Shown piece by piece: positions 9,693 through 16,872 of a stretch of 56,473 bases of DNA; within the stretch, counting starts at the first letter, position 1; every line of letters starts with the position of its first letter. The translations under genes and the position numbers were made by a program. The notes below the pieces were generated by a model. That model searched no databases and was not told where the DNA came from. It saw only the letters and a list, made by a program, of their open reading frames with translations. The stretch is from the IMG/VR virus record IMGVR_UViG_3300028638_000411, positions 1-56,473 of that record, one strand, 5' to 3'. The DNA is from a virus. Taxonomy: Duplodnaviria; Caudoviricetes.

Positions 9693-10253
9693 CTACACCA
9701 GTATTCTCATACTATACTTTCTACTATTTATTGTGTTATCTAAACTTGCTTGGAAATCATGAATATTGTGCTGAATAAAAAAAGCTTTATCTATGGTATC
9801 GAACCCAATAGAATTAAGTAGTCCATCAAGTAAGGCTTTTGCACCATATTCAGACTTTAGTAGTAATAAGTGATTTATTTCGTCATCTTTTTCAGGTTTG
9901 ACATGTGTAAATTGATGACCAATATTACTGAAATAAATATACCCTATTTCATTATTTAGGCATTTCCCTCCAATTACTATTATCAGATTTTTAGTATCAA
10001 ATTGCATCTCAAGAAATTTATTGTATGCATGTGAAGCAATATCATGATAATCTCTAGACGCATCAAAATTACAAGCAGATAAAAGAGCTTCGAAATATTC
10101 TACTCTTCCTGTAAATGCAATAAAAGTATTCGCGCTTAGGCTAAGTAATTTGGGATAGTCCTCTGTATTTATACTTCCATCATCACCGGTAACTCGCCCG
10201 TCTGCCATAATAGAAACATACTTTTTTGTTGCCAAGACAGTTATTATACTCAT
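9693..10253 (-). CDS. Hypothetical protein with Ntn-hydrolase/proteasome-beta-like N-terminus
   Basis: Start re-assigned to ATG 10253 (GGGGGAAG RBS); MSIITVLAT..VSIMADGRVT..K..FIAFTG pattern. Confidence 0.6.
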   Translation of the reverse strand: MSIITVLATKKYVSIMADGRVTGDDGSINTEDYPKLLSLSANTFIAFTGRVEYFEALLSACNFDASRDYHDIASHAYNKFLEMQFDTKNLIIVIGGKCLNNEIGYIYFSNIGHQFTHVKPEKDDEINHLLLLKSEYGAKALLDGLLNSIGFDTIDKAFFIQHNIHDFQASLDNTINSRKYSMRILV

Positions 10254-10453
10254 AATTCTTCCCCCAAATAAAAAAAATAGGAACCCCATGGAACTCTGGT
10301 TAAATCGTGATTGCTTATTAAGTTTACTTTCATATGATCCACAATATTCATTTCCTGTAGTTGTATCTGTGGAGTAATCTTCGTAAAAATAATCTGAGTC
10401 TGATCTCAGCAAACTTTTTTAGTAGCACATTTACATTTCTTACTATATTGAAA

Positions 10454-10612
10454 TCACCAACTATTCTGAAATGTAGAAATCACCATTTGAAATTCCGCTC
10501 CGCTCAGGTCCTCTCTCATTCTACCCAGTATGTAGACCATTTCTTCGCCGTGAGCATCATTCTTTAAAGCTAAACGCAGCTTTTCAAGATACATAAGTTG
10601 AAGCCGATTCAC
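10454..10612 (-). CDS. Small hypothetical protein (52 aa) downstream of immA
   Basis: AGGAGGTG RBS overlapping the immA stop, GTG start at 10612. Confidence 0.45.
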   Translation of the reverse strand: MNRLQLMYLEKLRLALKNDAHGEEMVYILGRMREDLSGAEFQMVISTFQNSW

Positions 10613-10622
10613 GAGGCACCTC

Positions 10623-11897
10623 CTACTCAAAAAATAATGTCGGTTGGAATTCTTCATATGAGGCTGAATTGATCTTACTAAGTGGCAAATCAAAGAACTC
10701 AGAAAAAGCTTCAATGACAATATTCATATGACTCTTTCGCGCGAGAAACCTGAACTTATCCTCACTCTTTCTGAAAATAATCAGCAACTTACCATCACTA
10801 TATCTAGCAGTAGCGTGAAGCAGTATCATTGCAAGCGCCTTTTTCTGGGATAGAATCATTATCGTCACAAAATCAATCCAGTCATCACTGGAAATGTATT
10901 TAATTTCTCTAGGTCCAAGGGTTTCATCTTCAACCGAGATAAGACTAAACTGTGCATTTCTAGCCTGCTCCCAAGGCTCGATCATGCCACTGATGAGAAT
11001 AGTGGTTGGGGATCCGCAGGATGAACACTGCCTAGCACTGCTATTATGAATAACACTTACACTACAGTTATCACTCGTGCATCTATTTTTGAGAGGCATC
11101 CCACAGATCGAACAATAGGCGTCCCCTGCTTCAAAATGACTATTTGAGCATCTTGGACAAATTGTTAGCTGACCATTTTCATCAAGGATGATTCCATCAT
11201 CATAGTTCATAGTGAGAACCCCTTTTGTAGAACTAAGCGCCGAAGCGCAAATTGAGCAGTAATTGTCGGTCGGCATTAACGTTGTATTTCCGCACTTCTC
11301 GCAAGTCGGGAATTTGCCAGATTCTTTAAGCTCCAAAACATTTAAATGAGTAAGTCTGACATCTAAGGCACTCAGGGACACATTAAATGTCCTAGCGACC
11401 AGGTCTAAGTCGCTAAAGTTAGCACTCTTGAGTGATCTCTCCGGCATCAGCAGGCGTCCGGCAAACTCGTCAGCTTCCAAATCCTCTTCTTGGTTAACAA
11501 TAAGACTTTTATCTGAGTTAGGGATATACGCATGTTCAAGATAGATGTGGCCAAATTCATGAGCTAGAGTAAAGTTAAGAACACGATCTGAAGATTTTTC
11601 AAAATGATATCTTGCCCGGCCGCTTTCATCAAAGAGTTGAGATCGATTGACGATGACATAGTATAAATCGAATTCTTGGATATAAATGGTATTGGCTAAA
11701 TGATTAGAACTTAGTTCAGAGGAAGACTGGATCCGGATGTTGAAGCGATCAGGGTTTCGATTGATATACTTTGCTATCTCAACACAGTCAACGATAGGAT
11801 TTATCAGATTAAAATCACTTCTAAATGTTCTGACCGCACGATCAATCAAGGGTTCACGATGAGGCTTAATTTTGTACAAATCCTGAGTTTTCAACAT
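10623..11897 (-). CDS. ImmA/IrrE-family metallopeptidase (anti-repressor) with zinc ribbons and extra C-terminal domain
   Basis: FTLAHEFGH (HExxH), E-ADEFAGRLLMP; multiple CxxC pairs; start at ATG 11897 with GGAGGTG RBS. Confidence 0.88.
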   Translation of the reverse strand: MLKTQDLYKIKPHREPLIDRAVRTFRSDFNLINPIVDCVEIAKYINRNPDRFNIRIQSSSELSSNHLANTIYIQEFDLYYVIVNRSQLFDESGRARYHFEKSSDRVLNFTLAHEFGHIYLEHAYIPNSDKSLIVNQEEDLEADEFAGRLLMPERSLKSANFSDLDLVARTFNVSLSALDVRLTHLNVLELKESGKFPTCEKCGNTTLMPTDNYCSICASALSSTKGVLTMNYDDGIILDENGQLTICPRCSNSHFEAGDAYCSICGMPLKNRCTSDNCSVSVIHNSSARQCSSCGSPTTILISGMIEPWEQARNAQFSLISVEDETLGPREIKYISSDDWIDFVTIMILSQKKALAMILLHATARYSDGKLLIIFRKSEDKFRFLARKSHMNIVIEAFSEFFDLPLSKINSASYEEFQPTLFFE

Positions 11898-11926
11898 CTC
11901 ACCTCCCCAAAACAAAAAAGACACAC

Positions 11927-11980
11927 AGAACAAACGTTCTATCATGTCTTTAATATACTCCTAATTTATAATGCCGTAAA
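11927..11980 (-). promoter_or_regulatory. immA promoter with LexA/DinR (Cheo) box
   Basis: TTTACG-17-TATATT on the minus strand (11980-11952); AGAAC-AAAC-GTTCT at 11927-11940 matches GAAC-N4-GTTC. Confidence 0.65.
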
Positions 11981-11992
11981 GATGGCTTTTTT

Positions 11993-12484
11993 TTATTTTT
12001 TGCCTAAAGTATCTATGAGATTTCTAAGGAGGCCCTTTTCTTGCCCGCTGAGGCCACCTTTTGTAAAGCCTTCAAGTAGCTTCTTGATGGTCTCAATATC
12101 TTGAGGTGTACTTTTATTTACCGCTCTAGCTAGGACGTTGATGAGGTCTTCATCTTTGGATAGAATCTTATCAATTTTTCTTCGGTAAGAATCTATAATA
12201 TTACCAGATTCGTCTTTATGGACGATATCATCAAAATTACCCCGATGTATGACTTCAGTCGTATATCCTGCCGCTGACATCAGTTCTTCCATGGTAATGC
12301 CAAGATGCGGTGCGATTGCTCTTAATATATGAGGTGACGGATTTTGACGCTGGCCACTTTCGATTCTAGAAAGTTCAGAGTTGCTGACGCCGCTCATCTG
12401 TGCTAGTTCAACTTGTGAGATCCCATTTGATTTTCTTAGCGATTTAATGAATTCGCCCAAATTCAAGTTTTTCACCTCCATCAC
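11993..12484 (-). CDS. XRE-family phage repressor (ImmR-like)
   Basis: HTH_3 pattern LRKSNGISQVELAQMSGVSNSELSRIESG; adjacent to immA and divergent from early genes. Confidence 0.9.
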   Translation of the reverse strand: MMEVKNLNLGEFIKSLRKSNGISQVELAQMSGVSNSELSRIESGQRQNPSPHILRAIAPHLGITMEELMSAAGYTTEVIHRGNFDDIVHKDESGNIIDSYRRKIDKILSKDEDLINVLARAVNKSTPQDIETIKKLLEGFTKGGLSGQEKGLLRNLIDTLGKK

Positions 12485-12531
12485 AAACTATCTATGAACA
12501 CAGTGTGAGTATTTCTCTTCATTACAAACTA

Positions 12532-12560
12532 ATTATACCGCTACATTTGACAAATAGCAA
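12532..12560 (-). promoter_or_regulatory. Repressor promoter
   Basis: TTGCTA-17 nt-TATAAT on the minus strand. Confidence 0.75.
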
Positions 12561-12637
12561 ATTATATTTAAGAAAGTATTGACAAACGAAAAGCTAATGT
12601 TGTAGGATATAATCATAATATCAGAACATGTGTTCTG
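12547..12637 (+). promoter_or_regulatory. Early (lytic) promoter region with LexA/DinR box
   Basis: TTGACAAA twice (12547, 12579), TAGGAT/TATAAT (12603-12613), CAGAAC-ATGT-GTTCTG at 12622-12637. Confidence 0.7.
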
Positions 12638-12701
12638 TTTCAAGAATAGCTAAGAAGTTTCTCAAAAATGCTTGTGAAATAATTTGAAAGAGATGATCGC
12701 C

Positions 12702-12902
12702 ATGGAAAAGGAGCTGCTTAAAATGAGGCTGCAAGTTAAATGTGCACATGACAAAAAGCGATTATTTGACCTTGATCCAAGAAAAGTTATAGAATCCTTT
12801 ATTGAAATCAAATGTCCTCATTGCGGCACACTTAATATTATACAAATCGTAGATGGAAAAATTGAGGTTGCCGTCTCAAGAGAACGGTCTGACGCAAAAT
12901 AG
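12702..12902 (+). CDS. Com-family (Mu Com-like) zinc-ribbon protein
   Basis: VKCAHDKKRLFD...IEIKCPHCGTLN matches the Com pattern (first knuckle CxxD); start could be 12684-12702. Confidence 0.7.
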   Translation: MEKELLKMRLQVKCAHDKKRLFDLDPRKVIESFIEIKCPHCGTLNIIQIVDGKIEVAVSRERSDAK

Positions 12903-12972
12903 CTACACAATAACTTACAACTTTACATCTGATGTACCGAGCAACGGAGCCTGAAAAAAGAGCTACCAAATG

Positions 12973-13016
12973 GCCGGACAAGAGCTGACTTTATTAGCTT
13001 TTGTCCGGCTTTTTTG
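12973..13016 (+). terminator. Intrinsic terminator after the Com-like gene
   Basis: GCCGGACAAGAGCT/AGCTTTTGTCCGGC stem plus T-tract. Confidence 0.8.
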
Positions 13017-13142
13017 TTTTCAGCAATTTCATATTAAAGCCCGTGATCTTCATTTAAGCCGAAAGACTGCCGTTTAAAAAAAAACGGCGAGTTTTTAGGC
13101 TCATTTTGATGCCCTTTTCTCGCATGAGAAAGGGGTTTCAAT

Positions 13143-13688
13143 ATGTGTCCTCAAGAAAGCCAGAAGTTAATAAGAAAGAGCTTTACCAAACCAGATCGTC
13201 AAAAACGCTTAGAAAATGAAAAAAGTGTTAGCTCTGAAAAGCCTCTTGACCTTGAAAATCTCAGACAGAATTTCGAAGCATACGAAAGTCAGACAAGCGT
13301 GAAATACGAATATCGCTTTAACACAGAGACCATCACAATTCAGGTTGATCATGATGACTTTGACATTTTACTTGAGTTTGACCGAATGGAACGCAACCTC
13401 TATCAGAAAGAAACCCGTCGTCATGCATCATTTGAAGCCTTTAACCTTGATGGGAACCTGTTTGCGTCAGAGGAAGACCTTGAAGCTGAATATATCCAAA
13501 ATGACACGTACCAATCACTCTATGATGCCATTGACCAGCTAATGCCCCAGCAGAAATCATTAATCATCAAAGTGTATTTCGAAAACCGATCACTTGTGAG
13601 TATCGCAAATGAAGAAGGCGTTGGTGAAAGCTCAATACGAGATCGCCTCAAGCGCATTTATAAAAAAATCAAAGAAAATTTGAAATAG
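13143..13688 (+). CDS. Sigma-70 region-4 domain protein (phage sigma-like activator)
   Basis: LYDAIDQLMPQQKSLIIKVYFENRSLVSIANEEGVGESSIRDRLKRIYKKIK. Confidence 0.85.
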   Translation: MCPQESQKLIRKSFTKPDRQKRLENEKSVSSEKPLDLENLRQNFEAYESQTSVKYEYRFNTETITIQVDHDDFDILLEFDRMERNLYQKETRRHASFEAFNLDGNLFASEEDLEAEYIQNDTYQSLYDAIDQLMPQQKSLIIKVYFENRSLVSIANEEGVGESSIRDRLKRIYKKIKENLK

Positions 13689-13767
13689 CCCCCTGCGGAT
13701 TTAACTCTGCCGTGAGCTACCTATGAAGAGATAAAAACTAAACTGCTCTTCAGAAAGTGGTGGTGAT

Positions 13768-13968
13768 ATGAAACACGAAATAAAAATCCAAGTAAGAAAG
13801 GGGGTCGTGGAAAGATGCGTTATTAAGGAGAAGTCAGTCCCCCTAATTAAAAAGATAGCGAATGGGCTATTTGGAAAGAAAAACAGGCTTATGTTACTTG
13901 TTCAGGAAGAAAAAGTCAGGCGGATGACAACCAAAAAGCACAGCGACGAGGATGATAAAAGTGACTAA
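13768..13968 (+). CDS. Hypothetical phage early protein
   Basis: GGTGGTG RBS; within the early operon. Confidence 0.6.
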   Translation: MKHEIKIQVRKGVVERCVIKEKSVPLIKKIANGLFGKKNRLMLLVQEEKVRRMTTKKHSDEDDKSD

Positions 13969-15583
13969 AAATGAAATATCGTCCACGATCCCCCTGCCCA
14001 TAAAAGTAAAACCTTATCATCATCAGACTGAGGCCTATAAATTTATATGCAAACAGTTTGGACTGAGCGTGGGCGATAAACAAGAGGACTCTAAGCTAAA
14101 GCAGAACCTCGAACACATCAATCAAAATATTTGATTCTGAAACAACACCATTTATACGGCACAGTAGTTAAGCGCCAAAGGTCAAAAGAGTGAGGTGATA
14201 AAGAATGTCAAAAGAAACGGCTTTGTCAAAAGGCGTTGCGCTTTTGATGGAATAGAGATGGGGACTGGAAAAAGCCTCACAGCCATTGCCGTTGCAGGCA
14301 CGCTTTATCAAGAAGGAAAGATTAATCGAGTTCTCATCGTAGCGCCACTTTCTATATTGGGTGTCTGGAAAGAGGAATTTGAAAAATTCGCAAAGGTTGA
14401 TTTTGAACTATTTGTTCTTACTGGAACGATCACTAAAAAAACTGAAACTCTGAAGGCGTTTCAAAGAGACAAACTGCAGGTGGCCGTTATCAATTATGAA
14501 TCAGCGTGGCGAATGGAAAAAGAACTCCTTGCCTGGAACGCAGATCTGATCATCGCCGATGAAGGTCATAAGATTAAAACGCATAATATCTCAGCATCTA
14601 AAACGATGCATCGCTTAGGACTAAAAGCCAGGTATCGTCTTCTGCTTACAGGAACGATCATCACGAATAAGGCAATTGATGTATTTAGTCAGTACAAATT
14701 CCTAAATCCGACTGTTTTCGGTCAAAGCTTTTATACCTTTAGAAATCGCTACTTCGACATGGTCGGCTACGGAAATTATACACCTGTGCTAAAAGCATCA
14801 ATGGAGACGGAGTTTACTCAAAAACTTCACAGTATCGCATACCGCGTCACAAAAGCCGAGTGCCTTGACCTACCTGAAATGACTGATGTAATTCGTAAAG
14901 TTGAACTGGAGCCTGCAGCAGAAAGGATGTATAGGACCCTCATCCAGGACAGCTATGCAAGTTTAGAGAACTCAGAAATTACAGTAACTAACATTTTGAC
15001 CAAGCTTCTCAGACTCTCTCAATTAACCGGGGGATTTATTGGGACCGACGAAGATTCAAAAGTTCATAAGGTAAGTAGTGCTAAGTTAACGGTGTTAGAA
15101 GACATCATTGATGGGGTGCTGCAAGAGGGTCAAAAGCTGGTCATCATTGCGCGCTTTATACCTGAAATTGATGCCATATGCAACCTGCTTGATAAAAAAG
15201 GGATCAAGTTCGCCTTAGTAAAGGGCAGCATCAAAGACCGCGCTGGTGAGGTTAGCCGCTTTCAGTCAGATCCTGAGGTTCAAATCTTTGTAGGCCAGAT
15301 CGCCACAGCAGGTCTTGGCATTACCCTTACAGCAGCGAGCACCATGGTGTTTTATTCCCTAGACTATTCCATGTCCAATTTTGAACAAGCGAAAGCTCGG
15401 ATTCACCGAGCTGGCCAGAAGTATCCATGTACCTATCTTTATCTCATTGCCAAGGGCACCATCGATGAAAAAGTCCTTATGGCATTAAGAAAAAAAGTAG
15501 GGCTAGCTAAAATGCTCATTGATGATTACCACAAAGGCATGAATCCATTTGGAGTTGAGGGAGGAGAACCAATTGGCAAGTGA
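13961..15583 (+). pseudogene. SNF2-family (DEAH) helicase, disrupted at its N-terminus
   Basis: Q-motif (KPYHHQ) lies in separate ORF 13952-14134; GVALLME then TAG-AG then MGTGKS (5 nt out of frame); DEGH, LLTGT and QAKARIHRAGQ intact downstream. Confidence 0.7.
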
Positions 15584-15989
15584 AAAATTATTTGAACTGG
15601 CGGACCGGCTAAAATCTCTACGTGATGAAAAAAAAGAAGCCGACCAGCACCTTAAAGATTTAACTGCAGAAATTGAACGTGTAGATTTTGAGCTGTCAGA
15701 AATAATGATGAACACGGAAACGCAGAACTTCACACGCTCTGGGACCATGTTTTGTCTGACAACAACGACAAGAGCATCGGCGACTTCAGGTAAAAAAGAG
15801 GATTTGTATAAAGCACTTAAGGACACGGGCTTTGGCGATTTAGTGTATGAAACCGTAAATGCCAATAGCTTATCCGCATTTGTCAAAGAACAGATCTCTG
15901 AAAATGATGACGCACTACCAGAATGGCTTAATGGGCTCGTCAATGTCTTTGAAAAGACCACAGTAGGTGTGCGTAAAGCATCAAAATAG
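15573..15989 (+). CDS. Conserved phage hypothetical protein (N-terminal coiled coil)
   Basis: GGAGGAG RBS, TTG start; typical position between helicase and SSB-like gene. Confidence 0.75.
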   Translation: MASEKLFELADRLKSLRDEKKEADQHLKDLTAEIERVDFELSEIMMNTETQNFTRSGTMFCLTTTTRASATSGKKEDLYKALKDTGFGDLVYETVNANSLSAFVKEQISENDDALPEWLNGLVNVFEKTTVGVRKASK

Positions 15990-16054
15990 CTTGACTTAAG
16001 AAGCCGATGAAACCAAATGCGACATAGAAAACTAAACTCATGGAGGTTATTAAA

Positions 16055-16807
16055 ATGACGAAAAGTAGTGACATCACAACAACAGAGGATCAAAAAGGAT
16101 TTATGAAACTCGCAGAATTTAATTTAAGTAGCGCCATCGCAGAAGAACTTGATGGCCTTGATATTGGATTTGAGCGCATCAAAATACCATCGGCTGGAAG
16201 CACGGTCTTTGAAGTACCTGGTGAAGATCCAGGCGAACCGGATGCAGTTAAGGAATTTTCCGCTGTGATTCTCTATCACCATCCCATTCATGCTTATTAC
16301 GCTTCAAAATATACCGGTGGTAACAACCCGCCTGACTGCGGCAGCTTCGATGGGATCACAGGTAATGGAATTCCAGGAGGCAGCTGCGCTAAGTGTCCAT
16401 ATAATCAATTCGGTACTGGAGATAATGGCAGCAAAGCCTGTAAGAACCGAAGAAGGATCTATGTTTTAAGGGAAGGAGAAATTTTTCCACTGCTTCTTTC
16501 ACTGCCAACCGGATCCCTCAAAGAATTTTCGCGCTATGTGAAGAGACTTCTCAGCCGAGGAAAAAAATCAAATGCTGTCGTGACGCGGTTTTCATTAAAG
16601 AAAGCTACCAATAATAGCGGCATTGCCTATTCTCAGGCGCAGTTTGCTTTTGATCGTCATCTTACGGATGAAGAATATGCCCTCATTAGCATTCTTTCAG
16701 GCCAGGTCAAAGCTCATAGTCAACCTTTCGACTATGATTCTGAAATGAACGATGAAGACATCATGATTGATACAGAAACGGGAGAAGTCATAGAGCCACT
16801 GAAATAA
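16055..16807 (+). CDS. Phage replication protein, probable ssDNA-binding protein
   Basis: PPDC..CAKCPYNQFG..KACKN motif, acidic tail (DTETGEV), located upstream of the polymerase. Confidence 0.6.
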   Translation: MTKSSDITTTEDQKGFMKLAEFNLSSAIAEELDGLDIGFERIKIPSAGSTVFEVPGEDPGEPDAVKEFSAVILYHHPIHAYYASKYTGGNNPPDCGSFDGITGNGIPGGSCAKCPYNQFGTGDNGSKACKNRRRIYVLREGEIFPLLLSLPTGSLKEFSRYVKRLLSRGKKSNAVVTRFSLKKATNNSGIAYSQAQFAFDRHLTDEEYALISILSGQVKAHSQPFDYDSEMNDEDIMIDTETGEVIEPLK

Positions 16808-16872
16808 GAATAAGCCCTAGAGTAAGGGTGGAGCTAGTTCTACCCTTACTGCTAGGCCATAGGAGTGAAAGT

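Noticed and set aside
10254-10412. N-terminal extension of ORF 9693-10412
   Set aside because: A better RBS and an Ntn-like N-terminus lie at 10253; the extension crosses a hairpin and T-rich intergenic segment.
15503-16093. 196-aa minus-strand ORF
   Set aside because: Antisense to a well-supported early-operon gene.
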